NCBI GenBank assembly: GCA_963668675.2
Contig: CAXXMB010000002.1
Location: forward strand, 1,824,001-1,888,000
Source: an uncultured Desulfatitalea sp.
GTDB lineage: Bacteria; Desulfobacterota; Desulfobacteria; Desulfobacterales; Desulfosarcinaceae
Direction of reading: 5' to 3'
Length of the DNA: 64,000 nucleotides
The translations under genes were made by a program, and so were the position numbers. Numbering within the stretch: position 1 is the first letter of the stretch; each line of letters starts with the position of its first letter. The notes below the pieces were generated by a model. It was given only the letters and a program-made list of their open reading frames with translations. It ran no database searches and was not told where the DNA came from. Below, in pieces: positions 1 to 10,708 of this stretch.

Positions 1-477
1 TTGTTGATGTCCGGCCATCGCATGCATCGCAATGATATGATCGATATGGGACTGCTCTCCCTCAAGTGGCTGATTGCCACCCAGACCGAGGACAATCACT
101 TTGTTCCCATCGGCAGCGACGGCTGGTACGAGAAGGGAGGACACAAGGCGCGTTTTGATCAGCAGCCCATAGAAGCCAAGGCCATGGTTGAAGCCTGTGT
201 CGAAGCGTATAATGTGACCCGGCAGCAGGCATGGTTTGGGCATGCCGTCATGTGCTTCAATTGGTTTCTTGGACACAATGATCTGAACATGCCCCTCTAT
301 GACCCCAAAACCGGGGGCTGTCGAGATGGATTGATGGCAGACGGCATCAATCAGAATGAAGGCGCCGAGTCTACTCTGGCCTGGCTGCTTTCGTTGATGA
401 CATTGCAAAAGCTCTATGCTGACGAAACGCTAAACCAGTGGTCTTCACAAAAACCGACCACCATTAAGGAGTCGTGA
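1..477 (+). CDS. C-terminal part of a glycosyltransferase/glycosidase-like fusion protein (5' end outside the window)
   Basis: ORF open from base 1. The motifs FDQQPIEA, WFLGHND and GCRDGL..NQNEGAESTLAWL are typical of the C-terminal domain of GT4-fusion proteins found next to GH130 genes. Confidence 0.75.
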   Translation: MLMSGHRMHRNDMIDMGLLSLKWLIATQTEDNHFVPIGSDGWYEKGGHKARFDQQPIEAKAMVEACVEAYNVTRQQAWFGHAVMCFNWFLGHNDLNMPLYDPKTGGCRDGLMADGINQNEGAESTLAWLLSLMTLQKLYADETLNQWSSQKPTTIKES

Positions 478-1496
478 TGCGAATTGCCATGCTCTCGCCC
501 ATTGCCTGGCGCACGCCGCCACGTCACTACGGCCCCTGGGAAAACGTGGCCTCCCTTATAACCGAGGGGCTGGTGTCGCACGGTCACGATGTAACCCTTT
601 TTGCGACCGCCGATTCGCAGACCTCTGCCAAACTGCATGCGGTTTGCCACCAGGGATATGAAGAAGATCGATCCATGATACCAAAGGTCTGGGAGTGCCT
701 TCACATTTCAGAACTTTTCGAGCATGCCGGTGCATACGACCTGATCCATAACCATTTTGATTTCCTGCCGCTGACGTATAGCGGCCTGACTGCGACCCCG
801 GTGGTAACCACCATTCACGGTTTTTCATCGCCTGGGATTCTACCCGTTTACAAAAAGTACAATCATAAAGTCTCCTATGTCTCCATCAGCGACGCGGACC
901 GCTCGCCGGACCTTGAATATATCAAAACCATTTATCACGGCATCGATATCACGCAATTTGACTTTCAACCTGCCGCCGACGATTATCTACTCTTTTTCGG
1001 ACGTATCCACAAAGACAAGGGCGCTCGACAAGCCATTGAAATCGCCGGGGCCTGCAGTAAAAAATTGATATTGGCCGGGATTATTCAGGATCAGGCCCAC
1101 TTTGACCAGCATATCGCCCCACACCTCGACGACCACAAGGTGACATATATCGGAAGCGTCGGACCGGTTGAGCGCAGCGGACTGTTGGGAAAAGCCTGCG
1201 CGCTATTGCATCCCATACAGTTTGATGAACCTTTCGGTCTGTCCGTTATCGAATCCATGGCCTGTGGCACGCCCGTGATCGCTTTTAACAGGGGCAGCAT
1301 GCCCGAGCTGATCGAAGACGGTAAAAACGGCTTTCTGGTCACCAACGTGGAAGAGGCTGTAGAGGCGGTGGCGCACATTCAAGAGATTGATCGCGCGGCC
1401 TGCCGCCGCCATGTTGAACGGCATTTCACCGTGGACCGCATGATTCGCGAATACATCCAGGTCTATGAAATGATATTACAGGACAGACGGCCATGA
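474..1496 (+). CDS. GT4 family glycosyltransferase
   Basis: RIAMLSP..PPRHYG N-terminus, FFGRI..KG, and the EPFGLSVIESMACGTPV GT-B motif. Start overlaps the previous stop (GTGA). Confidence 0.9.
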   Translation: MMRIAMLSPIAWRTPPRHYGPWENVASLITEGLVSHGHDVTLFATADSQTSAKLHAVCHQGYEEDRSMIPKVWECLHISELFEHAGAYDLIHNHFDFLPLTYSGLTATPVVTTIHGFSSPGILPVYKKYNHKVSYVSISDADRSPDLEYIKTIYHGIDITQFDFQPAADDYLLFFGRIHKDKGARQAIEIAGACSKKLILAGIIQDQAHFDQHIAPHLDDHKVTYIGSVGPVERSGLLGKACALLHPIQFDEPFGLSVIESMACGTPVIAFNRGSMPELIEDGKNGFLVTNVEEAVEAVAHIQEIDRAACRRHVERHFTVDRMIREYIQVYEMILQDRRP

Positions 1497-2434
1497 AAAT
1501 GCATCACCCCATTATCACCCGTTTTAAAAACAACCCCATACTGACCAGTAAAGATGTACCGTATGCGGTGTGTACGGTCCACAATGCCGGAGTCGCCAAA
1601 TACCGTGATCGTTATATTATGCTTTTTCGGTCGCATCTGTTAAACGGCCGCTCCATCATCGGCAGGGCCGACAGTGAAGATGGGTTTGATTTTAAGGTTC
1701 ACCCCAAACCCTTTCTTGAGCCGGCAACGGAACCTGTGTTTGGCGAATATGAAGCGTTCGGGGTCGAAGATCTGCGGATTTCCCCTGTAGAAGATGCCTA
1801 CCTGCTGACTTACAGCGCCTATTCCCGTCATGGTGTGCGGATTGCTCTGGCGCGCACCAAGGATTTTGAAAAAGTGGAACGAATTGCACTGATCACCCAG
1901 GCCGATCTGCGCAACGTGGTTATCTTTCCCGAAAAGTTCGGCGATCGGTATGTGCGTCTGGACCGGCCGCATTCCGAAATTTCCCCCTGGTCGATTTGGG
2001 TGACCTATTCACCGGACCTCATACACTGGGGCGATTCCCGGGTGATCATGAAACCGGTGGCGTACCACTGGGATGAATTGAAAATCGGGCCCGGCGCGCC
2101 GCCGTTTAAGACGGATCAAGGCTGGCTTCATATCTACCATGGTGTTTTTAAAACCATGTCCGGAACAGTCTATCGCCTCGGCGTGGCCCTTCATGCGCTT
2201 GACGATCCAGCCAACATTATCGGCGTTTCCGATCAGTGGATATTGCAGCCCGAGGCACCATGGGAAGTGAGCGGCTATGTCCCCAATGTCGTCTTTACCT
2301 GCGGTGCTGTACCGGAAGACGACGGCACGGTGAAAATTTACTGGGGTGGTGCGGATACGGTCATGTGTGTCGGCACGGCGGTAATCGATGAATTGGTGGC
2401 CCTCTGCCTCTCGGCGCGCCGTCCGCCGATGTAA
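1493..2434 (+). CDS. GH130 family beta-mannoside phosphorylase/glycosidase
   Basis: NPIL, HNAGV, GVEDLRI, KIGPGAPP, YHGV and VPNVVFTCG motifs. ATGA overlap with the upstream gene. Confidence 0.88.
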   Translation: MKMHHPIITRFKNNPILTSKDVPYAVCTVHNAGVAKYRDRYIMLFRSHLLNGRSIIGRADSEDGFDFKVHPKPFLEPATEPVFGEYEAFGVEDLRISPVEDAYLLTYSAYSRHGVRIALARTKDFEKVERIALITQADLRNVVIFPEKFGDRYVRLDRPHSEISPWSIWVTYSPDLIHWGDSRVIMKPVAYHWDELKIGPGAPPFKTDQGWLHIYHGVFKTMSGTVYRLGVALHALDDPANIIGVSDQWILQPEAPWEVSGYVPNVVFTCGAVPEDDGTVKIYWGGADTVMCVGTAVIDELVALCLSARRPPM

Positions 2435-2593
2435 ATTCTTATTCCCGGATGAGATCGGCCGGGGAGTACAGTTCTTGTTTTATGAACTGATCGAAAAATG
2501 TCTCCTCTGTCAGTTGGAATGGTAGATCATTCTTGATGAACAAATTCTCAATGCAACGCACTTAAGGTTAATAGACATTTAGGACACAAGGAT

Positions 2594-4075
2594 ATGCAAG
2601 CAAAAAAATCACAACGGCTCGAAGTCAAACGAAAAGCAATTAAGATCACAGGAGATACGTCACGGGTCATTACCCGTCTTCATCTTCCCGATGACAGGCA
2701 TCGCATCTCCAAGATCATTCAACGAATATTGAGCCTGTCTGAAACTGTTGCGCACAATTTATCTGCTCAAATAGCGATCGACTTTTCCCGTCGACACGAA
2801 GACCTCGGGCATGTTTTTGAGCGACATCTGAACATGGTGAAAGAGTATCTTCCACGAAATGCAGTGCTCAGCGATGTTCAAAAAACCCTTATCGGCGCCT
2901 ATTTTACAAAGGAGTACTCGATCGAATCGGCTGCCCTTTTTAACCCTTCCATCGTCCCTCATCCGGATCAAAGTCATCTGGATAAAGGCAGCGTGCGGTT
3001 TATCATGAGCCTGCGGGCAACCGGCGAAGGCCATGTTTCGTCCATTGTATTTCGCAGCGGCATCCTTGACCGGCACAATGCGTTCCTTTTCGACCCGATC
3101 AGTGATTTTGTGGAGACGCCGGATCTGAAACTGGACCCTGTCTACAAGCGTAATGTTTTCGAGCGTAAGCTAAACGAGATGGGGGCCGGCAGCGAGATAG
3201 TTGTTTACATTCTTAACCAGATGCCGGGAGACTTTACTTATAGTCAATTGATAGAGACGATTGGAATACTTCGTTCACAACCTAAATTTTCCTCGGAGCT
3301 CCAAAACAAGAGCTTCAAGATCATGAGCTGGCTTGCAAAATCCAATTATGAGGTGAGCTTCCACCCCGACCACCGTATATCCGAACGGGTGATTTTTCCT
3401 GTTTCGAAAAATGAAAGCAGAGGCATTGAAGATGCCCGGTTTGTGCAATTTTTCGATAATCGACAAGAAGTTACATATTATGCGACCTATACCGCATATA
3501 ACGGCATTACCATTTTACCGCAGTTAATTGAAACAAAAGACTTTGTAAAATTTAACGTATTAACGCTAAACGGAAAAGCAGTACAAAACAAAGGCATGGC
3601 TCTTTTCCCAAGGAAAATTGGCGGCCGGTATGCCATGCTCTCGCGTCAGGACGGTGAAAACAATCACATCATGTTCTCGGACAATATTCATTTCTGGCAA
3701 AAGGCTCAAATCATCCAGGAGCCTGAATTTCCATGGGAGTTCATCCAAATAGGCAACTGCGGCTCCCCCTTGGAGACCGATAAGGGCTGGATCGTGCTCA
3801 CCCACGGCGTCGGGCCGATGCGCCAGTATTGCATCGGTGCCATCCTGCTTGATCTTGAAAATCCAAATAGAGTCATTGCCCGCCTGGATGAGCCACTGCT
3901 TGTCCCTCATGAAAAAGAACGTGAGGGATATGTCCCCAATGTTGTCTATTCGTGCGGTGCGATCATTCATAACACCGAACTGGTCATTCCATATGCCATG
4001 TCCGATATCAATTCTGGTATAGCAACTGTACCTCTTGAGAAGTTGCTTGGCCGTATGCGTTCCCTAGAAAAATGA
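2594..4075 (+). CDS. GH130-like glycosidase with long N-terminal extension
   Basis: EYSIESAALFNPSIV, GIEDARFV, QIGNCGSP, HGVGPMR and GYVPNVVYSCG motifs. Confidence 0.85.
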   Translation: MQAKKSQRLEVKRKAIKITGDTSRVITRLHLPDDRHRISKIIQRILSLSETVAHNLSAQIAIDFSRRHEDLGHVFERHLNMVKEYLPRNAVLSDVQKTLIGAYFTKEYSIESAALFNPSIVPHPDQSHLDKGSVRFIMSLRATGEGHVSSIVFRSGILDRHNAFLFDPISDFVETPDLKLDPVYKRNVFERKLNEMGAGSEIVVYILNQMPGDFTYSQLIETIGILRSQPKFSSELQNKSFKIMSWLAKSNYEVSFHPDHRISERVIFPVSKNESRGIEDARFVQFFDNRQEVTYYATYTAYNGITILPQLIETKDFVKFNVLTLNGKAVQNKGMALFPRKIGGRYAMLSRQDGENNHIMFSDNIHFWQKAQIIQEPEFPWEFIQIGNCGSPLETDKGWIVLTHGVGPMRQYCIGAILLDLENPNRVIARLDEPLLVPHEKEREGYVPNVVYSCGAIIHNTELVIPYAMSDINSGIATVPLEKLLGRMRSLEK

Positions 4076-4263
4076 GTCTGAACCATATATAGAGCGAGAT
4101 AGTTAAGCGCCTTCGGATTACATCGGCTTGAGAAACATTTTCTCAGACTGCAGGTGGAAACATCCGTTTCGACTCTTCATCCGCCGGAAAAAGGGATTTC
4201 ATACGCAGCTCTTGTGTTGTTAAATCCAAAGGAATTCAAAAGGGTGTCATTGCGGTAAAAGAC

Positions 4264-4560
4264 TTGCTTTCAATGCATTATTCACAGTTAACATTCTTAA
4301 ATGAAATCTTTACGAACGCACATATGAGCAAAGCCATCAGCCGGTTGCTGGAAGCGTGGGGATACAAAATCGACCGAAAAGCGATCAAGCCGGAAGCCAT
4401 CCAGGAGACCGAACAGATGATTGCCGCCAACGCACTGATGGGAGCTGTACCGGTCATAGGCGTAGATGGGTCCGAATGGTCCGCAAATAACTCCCTTTGG
4501 CAAAAAATCAATGCTGCCATTATCCCTCGATGGAAAAAGATCCATTGCGGTAGCAAGTAA
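4264..4560 (+). pseudogene. possible degenerate glutaredoxin-like fragment
   Basis: EAIQETEQM...AVPVIGVDG resembles a glutaredoxin C-terminal half. No CxxC and no clear start. Confidence 0.25.
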
Positions 4561-4693
4561 GCAGATCGTTCATCCGCACCTTTAGAAATTGGCATGTAAT
4601 CACCAATTCAAGCGAGCCGTATGCTCCTTAAAATTTTATGAATCCCACCCAAAACGGACCTCCACAACTAGAAACTGCCAAATCTACAGACTT

Positions 4694-4720
4694 TCAAGTT
4701 TTTTGATGTGCAGCCGATAC
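4694..4720 (+). promoter_or_regulatory. sigma28 (FliA)-type promoter
   Basis: TCAA-N15-GCCGATAC, 85 bp upstream of the kinase ATG. Confidence 0.7.
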
Positions 4721-4805
4721 CAACCTATATGGACAGATATGAAAAGGCCATGAACATTTTTTATGGCTATTTGTTCAAATTCCCCAGGGCGCATGGAAGT
4801 TTCAG

Positions 4806-7286
4806 ATGAAAAGCATCACAACCAAATTATTGATCTGGCTAATTTTCTCAATTTTGTCCTTATTGTGCTTCCTCTTATACCGTCAGCATGCGCTCGTAGA
4901 CGCCCATGTTCGCACTGTTGTCGAGCGACAGGCGTCCATGGGCCTTCATTTTGATTTGTCTATCCGAAAATACGCGGCTGAAAATATCAGACCATTGATG
5001 TACGAACTGTTGGGGCAGGATGAATTTATACCGGCAACCATGTCTACCTCATACATTGCACGCTCCATCTTTGAGGATGTCCGCAAGGAATTTCCGGGCT
5101 ACATCATCAAATTTTCATCGGATAACCCAAGAAACCCGGCTAACCTGGCTGGTCCCGAAGAGCTGAAAATAATAAAGCACTTTAACGAAAACCCTCAGCT
5201 GAAACGTTGGGAAGGCATCATTACCATAAACAGTCGGCGGTATATGGGTAAATTCAGTGCGCGGCGCATGGAAAAGGCGTGTCTGCGTTGCCACGGTGAT
5301 CCGAGAGATGCACCCGCCTCTCTTATAGAACAATACGGTGACAAGGCAGGGTTTCATCGGCCCCTGGGTGAAATTATTGGAATGGATGCCGTTGCCATCC
5401 CAATGTCTATCGTAACGGAAGGGCTCTGGGCTGAATCGAAAAATACTTTTTTGGCTATCATTGGAGCACTTCTTCTGTTTTTTTTCAGCACAGCTGTCAC
5501 CATGAAGTTTTTAATCATAAAGCGTGTTGAAATGATAGCCGGTCACTTTCAACAGATATCGGTCCAAAAAGACTACAGTCGTATTGAACCCATTCAAATG
5601 GGAGGTAAAGATGAAATAAGCCAAATGGCGAAGGGGTTCAATTTGCTCACCGGCAAATTGGCCCGATTCTACGGGGAACTTGAAAATAAGGTCGCATCGC
5701 GGACGAAAGCGCTCAAAGAGAAAAATGAGGCGCTAAAAAAAGAGGTTGAAAATCACCAGGAAACTGAAAAAGCATTGAGGGAAAGCGAGGCTCGTTTTAA
5801 AGCCCTTCACAACGCCTCTTTTGGCGGAATAGCAATTCACGAAATGGGTATCATTTTAGACTGCAATAGAGGCCTGTCTGAAATGACAGGATACGCTGTG
5901 AATGAGTTGATTGGAATGGACGGGTTACTGCTGATTGCAAAACAATCACGAGATGCAGTGATGAAAAACATTGTTGCCGGTTACGAGAAACCTTATGAAG
6001 CAATCGGTTTACGCAAAAACGGAGAAACGTTTCCAATTCGTATAGAAGCCAGAACTGTTCCTTACAAAGGAAAAAAGGTGAGGATCACAGAGTTCAGGGA
6101 CATCACTGAACACAAAAATCTGGAACAGCGTATTCAGCAGAGCCAAAAAATGGAATCCATCGGCACATTGGCTGGCGGTATTGCTCACGATTTTAACAAT
6201 CTCCTTTTTCCCATTGTCGGTTACACCGAGTTGTTAATGGAAGATATTCCGCAAAAAAGCCCACTGCGAAATCATCTTAATGGAATTTTTAAAGGAGCGA
6301 TGCGTGCCAGAGAGCTGGTGAAGCAGATCCTCGCATTCTCCCGCCATGAAAGCAATGAAATCAAATTATTGCGAATGCAGCCGGTTATTAAAGAAGCCCT
6401 GAAGTTAATCAGGTCTACAATTCCGACCTCCATTGAGATAAAACAATATATTGATCGTGATTGCGGCCCCATAAAAGCAGACCCCACCCAACTTCATCAG
6501 GTCATTATGAACCTTGCGACGAATGCCTATCATGCGATGGAAGATACCGGTGGCGAATTGAAGGTTAGCCTTAAAGAAATCACTTTGAGCGAACAAGAGG
6601 CGATGAGTCATGATATGGAACCGGGGCCCTATGCCCGCTTAACTGTGGCTGACAAAGGAGTGGGTATAGAGGAGAATATAAAAGGAAGAATATTTGATCC
6701 GTACTTTACAACCAAAGAGCAGGGCAAGGGTACTGGGATGGGGCTCTCCGTAATACACGGCATTGTAAAAAGCGTCGGCGGCAGCATTCAAATGGATAGC
6801 GAACTTGGCAAAGGAACGGAATTTCGGATTTTCCTGCCGGTTGAGATAAGTTCTTTTGAAAAACAAGAAACCCGGACAAGAGAAAAACTCCAGCGTGGAA
6901 CCGAACAAATTTTACTTGTGGATGATGAGGATGCAATTGCCGTTATGGAAAAACAGATGCTGGAACACTTGGGCTATTCAGTTGTTTCACGAACCAGTAG
7001 TGTTGAAGCGTTGGAGACATTTCGAGCCAATCCTTACAAATTCGATCTGGTCATCACAGACATGGCCATGCCGAACATGGCGGGGGACAAACTCGCATCT
7101 GAATTGGTCAAAATCCGCCCACGCATTCCGATATTGCTCTGCACCGGATTCAGCGAAAAGATACCTGTGGGAAAAGCCGGCACTCTGGGTATTAAAGGCA
7201 TTCTAATGAAGCCCATTATTATGAAGAATCTTTCAAATAAGATACGAGAGGTGCTGGATAATAAAAAGATCTCCAGCCAAGGCTGA
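4806..7286 (+). CDS. hybrid sensor histidine kinase: DUF3365/Tll0287-like heme-c sensor, HAMP, PAS, HisKA, HATPase, receiver
   Basis: Two TM segments flank NPRNPAN..CLRCHG. Also GIAHDFNN H-box, [10 protein letters not shown]-box, and [17 protein letters not shown] receiver motifs. Confidence 0.92.
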   Translation: MKSITTKLLIWLIFSILSLLCFLLYRQHALVDAHVRTVVERQASMGLHFDLSIRKYAAENIRPLMYELLGQDEFIPATMSTSYIARSIFEDVRKEFPGYIIKFSSDNPRNPANLAGPEELKIIKHFNENPQLKRWEGIITINSRRYMGKFSARRMEKACLRCHGDPRDAPASLIEQYGDKAGFHRPLGEIIGMDAVAIPMSIVTEGLWAESKNTFLAIIGALLLFFFSTAVTMKFLIIKRVEMIAGHFQQISVQKDYSRIEPIQMGGKDEISQMAKGFNLLTGKLARFYGELENKVASRTKALKEKNEALKKEVENHQETEKALRESEARFKALHNASFGGIAIHEMGIILDCNRGLSEMTGYAVNELIGMDGLLLIAKQSRDAVMKNIVAGYEKPYEAIGLRKNGETFPIRIEARTVPYKGKKVRITEFRDITEHKNLEQRIQQSQKMESIGTLAGGIAHDFNNLLFPIVGYTELLMEDIPQKSPLRNHLNGIFKGAMRARELVKQILAFSRHESNEIKLLRMQPVIKEALKLIRSTIPTSIEIKQYIDRDCGPIKADPTQLHQVIMNLATNAYHAMEDTGGELKVSLKEITLSEQEAMSHDMEPGPYARLTVADKGVGIEENIKGRIFDPYFTTKEQGKGTGMGLSVIHGIVKSVGGSIQMDSELGKGTEFRIFLPVEISSFEKQETRTREKLQRGTEQILLVDDEDAIAVMEKQMLEHLGYSVVSRTSSVEALETFRANPYKFDLVITDMAMPNMAGDKLASELVKIRPRIPILLCTGFSEKIPVGKAGTLGIKGILMKPIIMKNLSNKIREVLDNKKISSQG

Positions 7287-7769
7287 TTTCTAATGTAAGT
7301 TGTGGAAGGAGACTCGACTCGAAGCTCCTGGCTTGAAATCATCTCTTCCCACAATCGTCCGAGCATAAAATGTACTATCACCGGCCACTCTTTTATATGC
7401 TGCCGCAAACCAGCTTGGCGAACAGCCTGGCAAATCGATCTGGGAATATCACCATCTCAGTGGCAAGATGGTTCGCTATAGACAGTACCCTGTCCGTTAT
7501 TGTCAATCGACCTGAAAATTTGACCCGCCTTCAATATGTTTTAATTTACAACCATCTCCTTCTTAAAAACTGAGAAGGAGGTGGTGGACCAAGTAAATTC
7601 TGTTCTACCTGCTCTTCATTCGCCAGCTATCGTTTCCGATCTCAATGATCTCGCGCTGATGCGTTATCTTGAAAATTATTTTTTCATCGTAACAGTTACT
7701 ACGGAATGTTTGGCACAACGGCCGTATAATGCACATAAGTGCAGGAATATCCAGCAAGGAGAGTTTAGA

Positions 7770-7937
7770 GTGAAAACCCAAATTTTAGGAATTTCAGGTA
7801 GTCCAATAAAAAACAGTAACACAGATCGTTTGGTTCAGGCCGTTCTTGAAAGTTGCGGTCTAAAATCAGAAGCAATTGATGATGTAATTCCGTTCCAAAA
7901 GAGCCCCATAGTACCAGAAAGGAGACCAAACCAATGA
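7770..7937 (+). pseudogene. N-terminal fragment of a flavodoxin-like NADPH-dependent FMN reductase / iron-sulfur flavoprotein
   Basis: GTG start with AAGGAGA RBS. ILGISGSPIKNSNTDRLV signature, then similarity is lost after ~35 codons. Confidence 0.6.
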
Positions 7938-8512
7938 GCTATTTTCTAAACGTCACGGAACCTGAACATGGTAACGGCCAACTACAGAAGTCCTATGAGA
8001 TGCTGCAAACAATGTTTCAGATCGTTCCGAAAGTATTTGTCGCACAAAGTATTCGCCCGGACCTGTTGGAGCCCGTCGTCCAGTATGTCAACCGTTTGAT
8101 GGTCGAAACACATGCCCTGCCAAGGAGCACCAAGGAACTCATTGCCGCCTATGTTTCCAAGCTGAATTCTTGCGCGTACTGAGTGGATGCGCACAGCGCC
8201 ATGGTCATGGCACAGGGATTCACACAGGAACAGGTTCAAAGCATTCTGGAAAACATTGACGGATCAACCCTGATCGATGACAAAACCAAACGGATTCTTC
8301 ACTTTTCAGAAAACATTACCCGTAACTCTCACAAAATTCACGAAGGTACTCTGCAAGAGCTTCGTGAACAGGGCTGCACCGACGAGGAGCTATTCGAATC
8401 CATAGCCGTTGCCTCGCTCTTCAATTTCATGGATCGCATGGCCGACGCACTGGGAGCTCCAGTAGAGGGCTTACAGGAGATGATGAAACAGATGAAAGAC
8501 GAAGATTCATAA
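7934..8512 (+). CDS. AhpD/carboxymuconolactone-decarboxylase-family peroxidase-like selenoprotein (192 aa, Sec at the in-frame TGA 8180-8182)
   Basis: Two abutting in-frame ORFs join as KELIAAYVSKLNSCAY-[TGA]-VDAH, matching the AhpD-type CxxCxxxH motif with TGA at the second Cys. A downstream SECIS-like hairpin is present. Confidence 0.85.
8183..8215 (+). promoter_or_regulatory. candidate bacterial SECIS element
   Basis: GCCAT-GGTC-ATGGC hairpin (8198-8211). Its G-starting loop begins 21 nt after the UGA. Confidence 0.7.
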
Positions 8513-8689
8513 CCACCGCAATATTTTAAGATCAAATATAAGCCTGGGTACAAGCGAAAACGGTGGGCCGCGAAAGCGCCAGAAAGCGATGTGAATAAAA
8601 TGCTCAGGCAGTCAGAGTACCCTTAACTAATAGAGGACAAAGTTATGGCAATTTTTTCGGCATTCGATGTGTACGGAACAATGATAGAT

Positions 8690-8952
8690 ACCTCAACGGT
8701 GCTTTTGGGGTAGTGCTTGAAAAACTTGGCAACCCCTGCCCTGGTGTTGGTTACCCTGGCTACATGCAATTCATTGCCTTGGGCATCAAATACCACCGCT
8801 ATGTGATTCTTGTCTGCCAAATCCACACCAATTGTGATAGCGTTTTTCATGGCTGATCTCCTTGTTTTATGCAGCCCTTAGGGTGACTGCGTTTTTTTGT
8901 TTGAGCGTGATTTTATCACAGCTCGTCGGAGATCAGCCTTCTCATTTTATCT
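8690..8952 (-). mobile_element. IS110-family remnant: left non-coding end plus first ~53 codons of the DEDD recombinase
   Basis: MKNAITIGVDLADKNHIAVVFDAQGNE is a typical IS110 N-terminus (ATG at 8850) that is truncated. A structured leader lies at 8851-8938. Element boundaries are approximate. Confidence 0.75.
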
Positions 8953-9095
8953 TCATAGAGAACCGGGTATCAAAATTTAACCGGCCGTCGGTTTTTTGGA
9001 CATTTTTACGAGACCAGCTGCCTAGCAGCGTATGAAAAATTGACGCTTTGATTTTCCACAGCTATTATATCGGGTTGAACAGAGAGGCGTTGCTG

Positions 9096-10580
9096 ATGAT
9101 AGAAAAAATGGATGCCGTCGAAATAGAAACGATGCTTCAGCAATTGAACTATCGCTGGAGACGGAGAGCCTTATTGTCCTGGAAAGGGGAGGCGTCTGCC
9201 CTTGAAGAGGCTCAGGTTTATGAAGGCTGTGAAGATTTTCTGAACCTGCGTACTCTGTCCCGGATCGATGCCATCCAGGACGCTTTTCAAAAACACCGAC
9301 TTCGTTACTGTTTGATTGATCATCTGCTGCAGCAACGATTGATGCCCCACGAGAATGAACTGCGAACCTGGCAAAGCGGCGCTTCCGCCGAAGTGGACGA
9401 CGAGAAAGTTTATTTCAATGAGATTATTCCCTGGTGTCAGAAATCCAGTACGTACGAAAAAAGACGGGTGTTGGAAAAGGAGACCTCTGGACTGTGTAAG
9501 TTCTTATCGCCGTTTGCCCTGAATTGCTGGGAAGTGCTGCTCAATCTGCTTCATGATGAACTGGGGGTTGAGAACTATGTTTATTACTGCCGCCAGAAAA
9601 AAAACATTGATTATTCCCATTACTACAAACTTCTTCGAAGGCTGTTGAGCGAAACCGATGAACTCTACTGGTCTGCCATGGACCGTTGGAGCCGGAAGCG
9701 CTTCAAACGGCCTTTGAAAGCGCTATCCCGTTTTGACGGCATGAACCTGCTCAGCCTCAGTGAATTCGACACGCTTGTGCCTGCCGGAGCCCTTGTTAAA
9801 TCCATGTCTTTCTTTCGTCGCTGGCAGATGGATCTTGATCACATACCGGAGCTTCATTTGGAAATCGGAAATGATGGGGCTCAATCTACCCAGGCGCTCT
9901 GCCTTGTGTTGAAGGCACCAGAAGAGGTCTACGTTCTGATGCGACCGGAAGGCGGATGGATTGATATCGAGACACTCTGGCATGAACTGGGGCACGGCCT
10001 TTCAGCCGTTTTTACATCTTCTTCGCTTTCAGTTGTCGAACGGGAGATGGCAACCTCCTCCAGCCTCTCTGAGGCTTTTGCCTTTTTGGTGCAAAATATC
10101 GTGCTTTCAGCACCTTTTCTACAGGAATACATCGGTCTTGATTCTGCCGACAGCACTACGATAGTTTACTATAAAGTCCTCAGAGACCTGGCTGTGTTCA
10201 GGCGTTATGCCGCAAAATTTCTCATCGAATATGAAATGTTTACCATGGGGGATATTTCCAATGGCGACCGCTATACAGAGAAGATGAATCGTTACACCGG
10301 ATTTTATTATCAGCCGGAAAGCCATCTGTTTGACTTGACTCCGGAGTTCTACAGCTTGGATTATATTCTGGGCTGGATGACCGAAGCCATCCTGGAAACT
10401 TATCTGGATGACCGCATGGGTCATAGCTGGATGTTTGACGGACAGACCGGTTCGATTCTGCGACACTGGTGGCACCAGGGCAATCGTCTGGATATCGCCG
10501 GGTTTCTGGAACACAATGACTTAGGCACCTTGAGCCACGATCATCTCCTGAGACGTTGGCGTACAGTGCTGCAGCATTAA
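9096..10580 (+). CDS. M3/oligopeptidase F-like zinc metallopeptidase-fold protein
   Basis: HELGH (HExxH) followed by SLSEAFAFL. Start uncertain (9048/9096/9108). Confidence 0.65.
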   Translation: MIEKMDAVEIETMLQQLNYRWRRRALLSWKGEASALEEAQVYEGCEDFLNLRTLSRIDAIQDAFQKHRLRYCLIDHLLQQRLMPHENELRTWQSGASAEVDDEKVYFNEIIPWCQKSSTYEKRRVLEKETSGLCKFLSPFALNCWEVLLNLLHDELGVENYVYYCRQKKNIDYSHYYKLLRRLLSETDELYWSAMDRWSRKRFKRPLKALSRFDGMNLLSLSEFDTLVPAGALVKSMSFFRRWQMDLDHIPELHLEIGNDGAQSTQALCLVLKAPEEVYVLMRPEGGWIDIETLWHELGHGLSAVFTSSSLSVVEREMATSSSLSEAFAFLVQNIVLSAPFLQEYIGLDSADSTTIVYYKVLRDLAVFRRYAAKFLIEYEMFTMGDISNGDRYTEKMNRYTGFYYQPESHLFDLTPEFYSLDYILGWMTEAILETYLDDRMGHSWMFDGQTGSILRHWWHQGNRLDIAGFLEHNDLGTLSHDHLLRRWRTVLQH

Positions 10581-10708
10581 CAAATCAACTTACGATTCAG
10601 GCGGGAATAAAATCTTCGGCCCTGCGCCCCATCGGATCAAACGTTTTCCAGTGGAGAACCATCAAGAGGAACTGATTATAATGATTACATAGATGCCGTT
10701 ATCCACTA

